A stretch of 39,262 bases of DNA from Nemertoderma westbladi. Taxonomy: Eukaryota > Animalia > Xenacoelomorpha. Made by a program: the position numbers and the translations under genes. The notes beneath the pieces are model-generated. The model was not told the origin of the DNA and ran no database searches. It saw nothing but the letters and a program-made list of their open reading frames with translations. Shown here one piece after another: positions 13,189 through 23,784 of this stretch (the stretch's first letter is position 1; the number at the start of each line of letters is the position of its first letter). Location: contig JAUCBJ010002165.1 in the NCBI GenBank assembly GCA_032718475.1, positions 1 to 39,262 on the forward strand, given 5' to 3'.

Positions 13189-13484
13189 TATCGTAATGCT
13201 ATGAGAATGCTATGAAATAATTCCAATATTAGCTTAATGTTAGAATAACATTAGAATGTTAAGGGTTGGAAATTTACAAACTATTAGAATTCCAATGTTA
13301 AAACAACACTGATTAACATTGGTTACCGAATACTGCCGAAAGTGCACTTTTATTGCTCAGGGTCCGAGCGCTTTGCCAAAAAAATATTAAAACTGGCATT
13401 AGTTTAACATTTGAATTTTAATATTTTATTATTTGAATAAAGATGTTAATAAACATTATTTTAATGTTGCTATGGTTTGCAGGG
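13189..13484. mobile_element. One end of a truncated MITE, probably animal EnSpm/CMC-type
   Basis: The reverse complement reads TA|CCCTGCAAACCATAGCAACATT..., with many internal AACATT/AATGTT subrepeats, like CCC(A/T)GCAAAC-ended MITEs. The other end is missing. Confidence 0.5.
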
Positions 13485-15436
13485 TATTGTCCCGAGGATC
13501 CAGTGGTTTTCAGACCCACAAATAGGATAGCGTTGTGGCAGATGAGTTACTGAAGGTATTGTCCCGAGGACACAGTGGTTTTCAGACCCACAAATAGGAT
13601 AGCGTTGTGGCAGATGAGTTACTGAAGGTATTGTCCCGAGGACACAGTGGTTTTCAGACCCACAAATAGGATAGCGTTGTGGCAGTTGAGTTACTGAAGG
13701 TATTGTCCCGAGGACACAGTGGTTTTCAGGCCCACAAATAGGATAGCGCTGTAACAGTGAGTTACTGAAGGTATTGTCCCGAGGACACAGTGGTTTTCAG
13801 ACCCACAAATAGGATAGCGCTGTGACAGTTGAGTTACTGAAGGTATTGTCCCGAGGACACAGTGGTTTTCAGGCCCACAAATAGGATAGCGTTGTGACAG
13901 TTGAGTTACTGAAGGTATTGTCCCGAGGACACAGTGGTTTTCAGGCCCACAAATAGGATAGCGCTGTGACAGTTGAGTTACTGAAGGTATTGTCCCGAGG
14001 ACACAGTGGTTTTCAGACCCACAAATAGGATAGCGCTGTGACAGTTGAGTTACTGAAGGTATTGTCCCGAGGACACAGTGGTTTTCAGACCCACAAATAG
14101 GATAGCGCTGTGACAGTTGAGTTACTGAAGGTATTGTCCCGAGGACACAGTGGTTTTCAGACCCACAAATAGGATAGCGTTGTGGCAGTTGAGTTACTGA
14201 AGGTATTGTCCCGAGGACACAGTGGTTTTCAGACCCACAAATAGGATAGCGCTGTGACAGTTGAGTTACTGAAGGTATTGTCCCGAGGACACAGTGGTTT
14301 TCAGACCCACAAATAGGATAGCGCTGTGACAGTTGAGTTACTGAAGGTATTGTCCCGAGGACCCAGTGGTTTTCAGACCCACAAATAGGATAGCGCTGTG
14401 ACAGTTGAGTTACTGAAGGTATTGTCCCGAGGACACAGTGGTTTTCAGACCCACAAATAGGATAGCGCTGTGACAGTTGAGTTACTGAAGGTATTGTCCC
14501 GAGGACCCAGTGGTTTTCAGACCCACAAATAGGATAGCGCTGTGACAGTTGAGTTACTGAAGGTATTGTCCCGAGGACCCAGTGGTTTTCAGACCCACAA
14601 ATAGGATAGCGCTGTGACAGTTGAGTTACTGAAGGTATTGTCCCGAGGACACAGTGGTTTTCAGGCCCACAAATAGGATAGCGCTGTGACAGTTGAGTTA
14701 CTGAAGGTATTGTCCCGAGGACACAGTGGTTTTCAGGCCCACAAATAGGATAGCGCTGTGACAGTTGAGTTACTGAAGGTATTGTCCCGAGGACCCAGTG
14801 GTTTTCAGGCCCACAAATAGGATAGCGCTGTGACAGTTGAGTTACTGAAGGTATTGTCCCGAGGACACAGTGGTTTTCAGGCCCACAAATAGGATAGCGC
14901 TGTGACAGTTGAGTTACTGAAGGTATTGTCCCGAGGACCCAGTGGTTTTCAGGCCCACAAATAGGATAGCGCTGTGACAGTTGAGTTACTGAAGGTATTG
15001 TCCCGAGGACACAGTGGTTTTCAGACCCACAATTAGGATAGCGCTGTGACAGTTGAGTTACTGAAGGTATTGTCCCGAGGACACAGTGGTTTTCAGGCCC
15101 ACAAATAGGATAGCGCTGTGACAGTTGAGTTACTGAAGGTATTGTCCCGAGGACACAGTGGTTTTCAGACCCACAATTAGGATAGCGCTGTGACAGTTGA
15201 GTTACTGAAGGTATTGTCCCGAGGACACAGTGGTTTTCAGACCCACAATTAGGATAGCGCTGTGACACTTGAGTTACTGAAGGTATTGTCCCGAGGACCC
15301 AGTGGTTTTCAGACCCACAAATAGGATAGCGCTGTGACAGTTGAGTTACTGAAGGTGTTGCCCCGAGGACACAGTGGTTTTCAGACCCACAAATAGGATA
15401 GCGCTGTGACAGTTGAGTTACTGAAGGTATTGTCCC
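13483..15436. repeat. Second 72-bp satellite array, ~27 copies
   Basis: Same unit as 4089-11144, with more variants (gttgtggcagat, gacccagtg, caggccc). Confidence 0.97.
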
Positions 15437-16034
15437 AAGTCTGGTCTAAGCCCATTTGTATATCTGGGGATATATCGCTGCACTTAAATTATATTAACAA
15501 CATAACTAAACTAGGATACAAAAAATATATTTCTTAAATTGAACATTTTGGAGTTTTGGATATTTAAAAAAACACCGTCGAATCATAATAATTAAGTACC
15601 TGTTATTTAATGCCATAACGAAAAATCATTAAATAAAAATATTACTTTCAAATTTAAATAAGTAATATTTGATTATTACCAGGGAGCTAAATTTAAATAA
15701 AAATCAAATATCATTGAATGTTTTATTCTATCATTTAAATCATCATATGACTAGGACTATATCTATTAGGACTAGGGAGCTAAATTTACATTAAAGCTTT
15801 TAATAATCGGTTGATGATATATTTTTAAAATCAGAAGTGCTCAGCTGCGATATAATCACCAAATGCACCCAATTTATCCGGGGCAAAACTTTCCATTGTT
15901 TCGACTAAAACTGGATTGAAAGTATTAACCACAGATCCATCGGCTTGTGGACGTAAAGACTCATTACGGTTTATTTAAATACATAATTATTCCAACATGT
16001 ATTGTCTTCTTTTGATTCGTTCAAATAATCAAGT

Positions 16035-16160
16035 TTATATTATGAGTTGCCATACATTACATTGCGGGGGTGTTTCCATATATTATGAGTTGCCATACAT
16101 TACATTGCGGGGGTGTTTCCATATATTATGAGTTGCCATACATTACATTGCGGGGGTGTT
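16035..16160. repeat. 43-bp minisatellite, ~3 copies
   Basis: Same unit as 11743-12470. Confidence 0.9.
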
Positions 16161-16360
16161 TTTGCCTTTGATCAAGGTGAAGTTATGAAAAATTATGGTG
16201 TGGTTCTGGCGATTGAGGGCACGATTTATTCGTTTGAATAATTAAACATGCTGAAACGGATTGCACGAAATGAACATAGTATGAGAAGTGAGAACTTTAA
16301 CAAAGAACATTTTATATTTACACAGTAAATATTAATTAAGCGCAATTAATAATGACGTAA

Positions 16361-18178
16361 TTATTCCTCGCCCCTTTTATCTAAATTTCCGTGGGAATTT
16401 AACGAAACCTTTCGTTCTGATTCCAATTCCTTGGCGCGATCCCACAGCTGAGGGGTAAGTTCGTTGCGACATTCGCTGAGCGTAAGAAGTCGAGACACAA
16501 CAAGATTATTACTAAAATCTTCGGCTGTCATAGAAACTGGGTCGGTTTGTCTCGCAGCAACGAAATCCGCCTCTAAACTACCCGATAAGTCGGACATACT
16601 GTAGGAATTGAGTTTCATACGAGTTACGTAACTGCGAACTTTATTGGCGAATATCCCCTGTAACTGAGACACGACCCCGTTGACTCGGTCGGAATACCCT
16701 AGTAACTCGTCTCGTGGTCTCAGATGAACCCTAAACTCGCAAGGAAGACAAGACTTCCCCTCGGAGACAACGAGAACAGAAACTAATGAAGGGAACTCGA
16801 TCTTATGGTAAGTAAAATCGTATTCCACCTTCTGGTACTTAATCAACCGTCCGAGCGATGATATGTTCTCCACCCCAGAAGGTTCCAGTTGGCCTTGTTC
16901 CATGGCGGTTTCATCTACGATCAGATTGAATGATTCCGGTAGTTGTAGGAGGCCAGCAGTGAGACGATCTTTGGAGTAATCCTTACGGGGGTTCATAGAA
17001 ACCGAGTTGAGATAGCCAAGGGATAACGGCATTAAGTAGCTGTTGGGGACGATAAAGGAGATGAATTCGTTGAGTCGTTTGGCGAGGTTTATGGGTGAGT
17101 CGTTAAAGGAGGGGCAGCCACTTATATTCAACGAGAAGTTGCCGACATTGCCGGCCTCCCCGAAGGGTTTGGCTAGTAGATGTAGTAGAATGTACTCAGC
17201 CGCGGTAGAATCGCCCAGTAGAACCGTCTGCAACATCGCGAGAAGTTGCCCCTTAATGCGCACGTCGCTGACGTCATTTTCGTTGATGATGTCCTCGACC
17301 AATGGGTTGTTATGTTTCGGTTTCTCCACGCGAATTACATGAATCTTCGGGACTAAGGAAGTCGGGGGGAGTTTATTCCCGGAGTTATCGATAATGTCAA
17401 TCTCCATATTGATGTCATCGACATCGGTTGGAGAGAAATCCACAACACCTAAAACCTCGATTACGTCATTAACCTTCACGCCGGCGTCGATGTCGTCATA
17501 ACAACGGAGTACACAAGGGGTTCCGGCGTCCGTTGGTAGCGGTAGGTTAAGGTCTGTCGGCTGCGGCGACGTTGGTTTATTTAGTGCGCCGCCGACTGCG
17601 AGTTGTTTGATACCAACGCGTTCCTCGCCATCCTCTATGTTCCTCTTACCGTTCCCACATCTTAGTTCCTGCGTTCCGTGCTCGCTCCCCGCTACTTCCA
17701 ATGCGTTCCCGTCCCCTCCCTCCCTTCCACACGACGTCACCACTCCACTGTTCCTCGCCGATTTAGCCCATTCGTTCTCGCCGGGAACCGGAACCGCATA
17801 CAACGTGTTACACTTCCGCATAACTTCGCTCCCCTGACTGATAATCACAGGTTTACGATCGATTTCCGCGAATATTCCGGTTGTGTAAGATTCCGATTTG
17901 TCCGGTTTATAGAAGGCCACAACGAATTGGCCCTGTAGTAATTGATCCTGTACCATTCCTATGTACCGTACTAACTGGCCGTGGCGAAGGGGGTGTAACG
18001 GGACTAGGTTGAGAAGAGGGATTCTTTCCTTCTCTACAATCCTAGTTATTTCTTTAGCCGATTGTTTGAGTTTCTCACACAAATCAGTGACATGAATATC
18101 CCCAGCTGTTAGATATTTAGAAATAAATGGGACTGGGTGATTTACAACTTCGTCATCAGGGGCTTGTATTTCCTCCAT
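16361..18178 (-). CDS. MCMBP: Mini-chromosome maintenance complex-binding protein (~605 aa from first ATG; frame open to GTG at 18232)
   Basis: Family motifs LVRYIGMVQDQ, GDSTAAEYILLHLL, PRKDYSKDRLTAGLLQLP, LIVDETAMEQGQL, QKVEYDFTYHKIEFP and SEGKSCLP in one uninterrupted ORF. AATAAA on the - strand at 16225-16230. Confidence 0.93.
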   Translation of the reverse strand: MEEIQAPDDEVVNHPVPFISKYLTAGDIHVTDLCEKLKQSAKEITRIVEKERIPLLNLVPLHPLRHGQLVRYIGMVQDQLLQGQFVVAFYKPDKSESYTTGIFAEIDRKPVIISQGSEVMRKCNTLYAVPVPGENEWAKSARNSGVVTSCGREGGDGNALEVAGSEHGTQELRCGNGKRNIEDGEERVGIKQLAVGGALNKPTSPQPTDLNLPLPTDAGTPCVLRCYDDIDAGVKVNDVIEVLGVVDFSPTDVDDINMEIDIIDNSGNKLPPTSLVPKIHVIRVEKPKHNNPLVEDIINENDVSDVRIKGQLLAMLQTVLLGDSTAAEYILLHLLAKPFGEAGNVGNFSLNISGCPSFNDSPINLAKRLNEFISFIVPNSYLMPLSLGYLNSVSMNPRKDYSKDRLTAGLLQLPESFNLIVDETAMEQGQLEPSGVENISSLGRLIKYQKVEYDFTYHKIEFPSLVSVLVVSEGKSCLPCEFRVHLRPRDELLGYSDRVNGVVSQLQGIFANKVRSYVTRMKLNSYSMSDLSGSLEADFVAARQTDPVSMTAEDFSNNLVVSRLLTLSECRNELTPQLWDRAKELESERKVSLNSHGNLDKRGEE

Positions 18179-18492
18179 ATCGTCAATATCGTGAAGATTT
18201 GCAGTTGAGTTTCGTACAGGCGTGGCGTACACCTACCGGTCCGGGTCTGTAACAAGGCTTACTGTGTACTGTAGGATTACAGGTTGCTACTTTGAGAAGA
18301 TGCGGAGATGATCTACAATTCCACAGTCCTCTTCTATAGGGCGAAATGTTTTAGTCTTAAAGTCCAACCAGACCTTTAGAATGTCTGCACAATTCCTTCA
18401 AGAAAGGGTCTTTGTTAAAATCCTTAACTGAGTAGCATACTGTATGCCACGAAAGACAAATTTCCATCTACTTACAGTCACTTCACTATAAA

Positions 18493-18533
18493 GGGGTAGC
18501 ACCATGACCTACTACTAGTCATGGTAGCACCCC
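18493..18533. repeat. Short inverted repeat upstream of MCMBP (copy at 20490-20530)
   Basis: GGGGTAGCACCATGAC-9 nt-GTCATGGTAGCACCCC, imperfect 16-bp arms. Confidence 0.6.
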
Positions 18534-19892
18534 CAAATGCAACCTCACATTTTGGTGTCTCTGGACCCTAAAATTGGGTGAAAATTATTTTTTGTGCTAC
18601 TAATACTAAACATCGTCTGGGCTGTTTAAGAATTGCCAAACTAAATATTTTTAACATTGACCCCAAAATGGCACTGTAATGGCCAAAAGTGTCTTTTAGC
18701 AATGCTCCTGATAACCAGATTATCAACAAAGTGTGGACTGTCAGGTGTATGTATTGCTAGTTTTTCTCTACTTATACTGCAACTGGTCGGTTGTATTCTG
18801 CCGTCTTATGGCAAAATACCCTATCTCCAAAAATCGTGTTTTGCATAATTTAACGAAACGCGTTTTCTTCTACAAGTACGTATGTTACACAGCTGCTTGG
18901 ATACCAGAATTTGAACTGCAAGTCACCCAAATATACTAACTTAGAATTTCAAATGCGAGATGCACAACTTTTGTAATTTGGGAGCTTAACAAATGCTGAA
19001 ATGATTTTATAGGGTGTTTTGCCTCGATAATGTTGGCGACAAATGAAACTGAAAGCTGATATAGGGTCAAGGTGTTTTGTCAATCAAGAGTAGATCAAAT
19101 AGTTTATTCTCTTATTCAAATAATAATACTACAGGGTGGAAATTATACTTGGAATTTTGTTGTTAACCCTTTCAAGACTAATTCAAGATTTTATGTTTAC
19201 CCCACAGACTGAAGTCTGCCGGTCTTTCTGTCAGTTTGTCTGTCAAGACTTAAGAAATAATAAAATCTACTAACATTCTCGCTATGGGGGTTTTAAGGGT
19301 TGGTGACTTCATTTCTGATGTCAGTTTTTACGATTGACCAACTCTAGGCTGTCTGTGTCTGTATATATGTCTGTCTGTCTATCAAAAAAATAAAGGAAGC
19401 ATATTATGTAATAAAAACATTCGCTATGGGGGTTTTCCAGGTCTCTGATATCATTTCTGATGTCAGTTTTTACGACTGACCAACTCTAGGCTGTCTGTGT
19501 CTGTATGTATCTGTTTGTCTTGTCAAAAAATAAGGACAGAAGGAAGCATATTATGTAATAAAAACATTCGCCATGGGGGTTTTCCAGGTCGCTGATTTCA
19601 TTTCTGATGTCAGTTTTTTACGACTGACCAACTCTAGGCTGTCTGTGTCTTTTGTATGTCTGTTTGTCTGTCTGTCAGTCTGTCCGTCAAAAAATAAGGA
19701 AGCATAATATTATGTAATAAAAGCAATCGCCATGGGGGTTTTCCCGGTCGCTGATTTCATTTATGATGTCAGTTTTTCCGACTGACCAACTCTAGGCTGT
19801 CTGTGTCTGTCTGTCACACAGTATGTCGTGTACGGTGACTCAGAACCATTTGAAGTGTTATGGGGCGTCCTCCAAGGAGACACACTTGCACC

Positions 19893-20175
19893 ATTTGTCC
19901 GGTTTATAGAAGGCCACAACGAATTGGCCCTGTAGTAATTGATCCTGTACCATTCCTATGTACCGTACTAACTGGCCGTGGCGAAGGGGGTGTAACGGGA
20001 CTAGGTTGAGAAGAGGGATTCTTTCCTTCTCTACAATCCTAGTTATTTCTTTAGCCGATTGTTTGAGTTTCTCACACAAATCAGTGACATGAATATCCCC
20101 AGCTGTTAGATATTTAGAAATAAATGGGACTGGGTGATTTACAACTTCGTCATCAGGGGCTTGTATTTCCTCCAT
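19893..20175 (-). pseudogene. MCMBP: MCMBP 5' fragment fused to antisense LINE sequence
   Basis: Same as the MCMBP N-terminus up to FYKPDK, then reads WCKCVSLEDAP* from the RTE antisense strand (stop at 19858). Confidence 0.9.
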
Positions 20176-21159
20176 ATCGTCAATATCGTGAAGATTTGCA
20201 GTTGAGTTTCGTACAGGCGTGGCGTACACCTACCGGTCCGGGTCTGTAACAAGGCTTACTGTGTACTGTAGGATTACAGGTTGCTACTTTGAGAAGATGC
20301 GGAGATGATCTACAATTCCACAGTCCTCTTCTATAGGGCGAAATGTTTTAGTCTTAAAGTCCAACCAGACCTTTAGAATGTCTGCACAATTCCTTCAAGA
20401 AAGGGTCTTTGTTAAAATCCTTAACTGAGTAGCATACTGTATGCCACGAAAGACAAATTTCCATCTACTTACAGTCACTTCACTATAAAGGGGTAGCACC
20501 ATGACCTACTACTAGTCATGGTAGCACCCCCAAATGCAACCTCACATTTTGGTGTCTCTGGACCCTAAAATTGGGTGAAAATTATTTTTTGTGCTACTAA
20601 TACTAAACATCGTCTGGGCTGTTTAAGAATTGCCAAACTAAATATTTTTAACATTGACCCCAAAATGGCACTGTAATGGCCAAAAGTGTCTTTTAGCAAT
20701 GCTCCTGATAACCAGATTATCAACAAAGTGTGGACTGTCAGGTGTATGTATTGCTAGTTTTTCTCTACTTATACTGCAACTGGTCGGTTGTATTCTGCCG
20801 TCTTATGGCAAAATACCCTATCTCCAAAAATCGTGTTTTGCATAATTTAACGAAACGCGTTTTCTTCTACAAGTACGTATGTTACACAGCTGCTTGGATA
20901 CTAGAATTTGAACTGCAAGTCACCCAAATATACTAACTTAGAATTTCAAATGCGAGATGCACAACTTTTGTAATTTGGGAGCTTAACAAATGCTGAAATG
21001 ATTTTATAGGGTGTTTTGCCTCGATAATGTTGGCGACAAATGAAACTGAAAGCTGATATAGGGTCAAGGTGTTTTGTCAATCAAGAGTAGATCAAATAGT
21101 TTATTCTCTTATTCAAATAATAATACTACAGGGTGGAAATTATACTTGGAATTTTGTTG

Positions 21160-23445
21160 TTAACCCTTTCAAGACTAATTCAAGATTTTATGTTTACCCC
21201 ACAGACTGAAGTCTGCCGGTCTTTCTGTCAGTTTGTCTGTCAAGACTTAAGAAATAATAAAATCTACTAACATTCTCGCTATGGGGGTTTTAAGGGTTGG
21301 TGACTTCATTTCTGATGTCAGTTTTTACGATTGACCAACTCTAGGCTGTCTGTGTCTGTATATATGTCTGTCTGTCTATCAAAAAAATAAAGGAAGCATA
21401 TTATGTAATAAAAACATTCGCTATGGGGGTTTTCCAGGTCTCTGATATCATTTCTGATGTCAGTTTTTACGACTGACCAACTCTAGGCTGTCTGTGTCTG
21501 TATGTATCTGTTTGTCTTGTCAAAAAATAAGGACAGAAGGAAGCATATTATGTAATAAAAACATTCGCCATGGGGGTTTTCCAGGTCGCTGATTTCATTT
21601 CTGATGTCAGTTTTTTACGACTGACCAACTCTAGGCTGTCTGTGTCTTTTGTATGTCTGTTTGTCTGTCTGTCAGTCTGTCCGTCAAAAAATAAGGAAGC
21701 ATAATATTATGTAATAAAAGCAATCGCCATGGGGGTTTTCCCGGTCGCTGATTTCATTTATGATGTCAGTTTTTCCGACTGACCAACTCTAGGCTGTCTG
21801 TGTCTGTCTGTCACACAGTATGTCGTGTACGGTGACTCAGAACCATTTGAAGTGTTATGGGGCGTCCTCCAAGGAGACACACTTGCACCATTCTTGTTTA
21901 TTATTGTGGTTGACTATGTTCTACGCATGTCCTTAGATCATCATAATGATGATGGGGTGATGATAACTCCACCTACTGGCTCCAGAAGTCGAGGAAATCC
22001 TGCCAAGTACCTAACTGATCTAGACTTTGCTGATGACTTAGGAGTACTCTCAGAATCATTAGAGGGAGCCCAACGGCTCCTCAGCTCATTAGAACATGCT
22101 GCTTCTAGTGTTGGTCTTTTTATTAACTCCAGAAAGACCAAAATTCTGACCGTTAACTTTGAAAGTCCTCAGCAAGTCTCTGATCGGATGAGCATAAGCT
22201 CAAAGGATGGTATGCTTGAGAATGTGGACGACTTCTGCTACCTGGGATCATGGATCCGGAAGTCAGGTGAGGACCTTCGAATACGAAAGGGAAAGGCATG
22301 GGCAGCCATGAATAGGCTTTCCAGGATTTGGAAGTCACCGAGAATTAATCGGAAACTTAAGGTCCGATTATTTAGAGCAGCAGTAGTTCCAGTACTCCTC
22401 TACGGGAGTCCATGCTGGGCTCTAACTGCCGAGGACACCAAATCTCTGGATGGCACATTCACAAGAATGCTACGCCGGGTTCATTGTGTCAAGTACAATG
22501 CACACATCTCCAACCAGACACTATATAACATTGGAGGTGTCTCATTGGTTCCCCCAAGCTTGACACTAGAACAAAATCGCCTCCGCTTTGCAGGGCATTG
22601 CTTTCGCCGTGAGGACCAGCCAGTGCATAATCTTGTACTTTGGCAGCCTCATGGAGTGAATAAGCATGGTGGACAGCCCATGACTTTCTTGAGACGCATC
22701 TTAAAGGACACTGGCCTTAAAGATGCGGATGATCTAGCAAATGTCATGGGTGATAGGGAGTTGTGGCGGTGCAATTTTGTTGACAAGCCGGCACAGCATT
22801 CTTAAAAATGCAGCTGCAATGCAGCATGCCGATCCTAGTAGTATGTCGTGAGTCGAGCAGGCGTGAAATCTGACATCATAAATGAAATCAGAAAACCCCC
22901 ATGGCGAATGTTTTTATTACATAACATGCTTAATATTTTTGACAAACAGACTGACAGACAAACAGAAATACGCTTCCTTATTTTTTGACAGAAAGACTGA
23001 CAGATAAACATACATACATACAGACACAGACAGCCAAAAGTTGGTCAGTCGTGAAAACTGACATCAGAAATGAGATCAGAGACCTTGAAAACCCCCGTGG
23101 CGAATGTTTTTATTACATAATATGCTTCCTTATTTTTTGACATACAGACTGACAGACATACAAACAGACATACATACAGACACAGACAGCCTAGAGTTGG
23201 TCAGTCGTAAAAACTGACATCAGAAATGAGATCAGCTACCTGGAAAAACCCCCACAGCGAATGTTTTTATTACATAATAATGCTTCCTTATTTTTTGACA
23301 GATAGGCAAACAAACATACATACAGACACGGACAGCCTAGAGTTGGTCAGTCCTAAAAACTGACTTCAGAAAAGAAATCAGAGACCTGGAAAACCCCATA
23401 GCGAATGTTTTTATTGCATAATATGCTTCCTCATTTTTTGACGGC
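21160..23445. mobile_element. Foldback-type DNA element with inverted arms of ~140-bp subrepeats, interrupted by an RTE LINE (left arm also copied at ~19163-19819)
   Basis: The left arm has 4 copies of TTCGCYATGGGGGTTTT..TCTGATGTCAGTTTTTACGACTGACCAACTCTAGGCTGTCTGTGTCTG; the right arm (22851-23445) has the reverse complement. Left edge TTAA-CCCTTT is piggyBac-like, but no matching right terminus was found. Confidence 0.7.
21828..22839 (+). mobile_element. 5'-truncated RTE-type non-LTR retrotransposon (RT C-terminal part, frame open to stop at 22805)
   Basis: GVLQGDTLAPFLF, LDFADDL, FCYLGS and RLRFAGHCFR motifs; very short 3' UTR ending TAGTAG; 11-bp TSD AGTATGTCGTG at 21817-21827 and 22840-22850. 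Confidence 0.93.
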
Positions 23446-23784
23446 AGTGATTTTTTATGTCCTTTTATTTGACTTTTTTTTGTCCTTTTTTTTTTACGAA
23501 TTATGCATAATGACTTTTGTTGTCCTTTTAATGACTTTTATTGTCCTTTTAATGACTTTTTATGTATGTATTTGTCAGACTGATGATTTCTGGACTGTCA
23601 GACAGTTGATTTCACTATGCCTGTGCCAAAACATTCCATGATTCCATGATTTATAGACTATGAGATAGATTTCCATATGCGCCTGTGGTAAAAAGACTCT
23701 ATATTTAATAGTTTGTGGTTGTTGTCGATAATCGATTACCACATGACGTAGCAAAACACTCATTTTATAGCCAAAAACAATTAC

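Larger units (their letters stand above)
17896..21892. repeat. Tandem duplication with a 1997-bp unit
   Basis: Constant 1997-bp offset (e.g. 18657 vs 20654). ATT microhomology at 17896-98, 19893-95 and 21890-92. One substitution noticed (ataccagaa vs atactagaa). Confidence 0.95.

Noticed and set aside
13691-15268. 525-aa repeat ORF (SQRYPICGSENHCVLGTIPSVTQL)n with a superficial Kazal-like PICGS; the same frame is open through the first array
   Set aside because: One open frame out of six is expected by chance for a 72-bp unit. Common variants are non-synonymous (I/N, S/P, C/W), there is no ATG, and a 1-bp deletion breaks the frame near 13757.
17043-17938. + strand ORFs overlapping MCMBP, and similar short ORFs overlapping Bcl-2, the RTE and the MULE
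   Set aside because: Antisense or alternate-frame shadows of real coding sequence.
23580-23610. Other CTGATGA cores (23580 +, 22031 +, 18153 -, 31554 -) as further hammerheads
   Set aside because: No stem II closed by GAAA with matching stems I and III.
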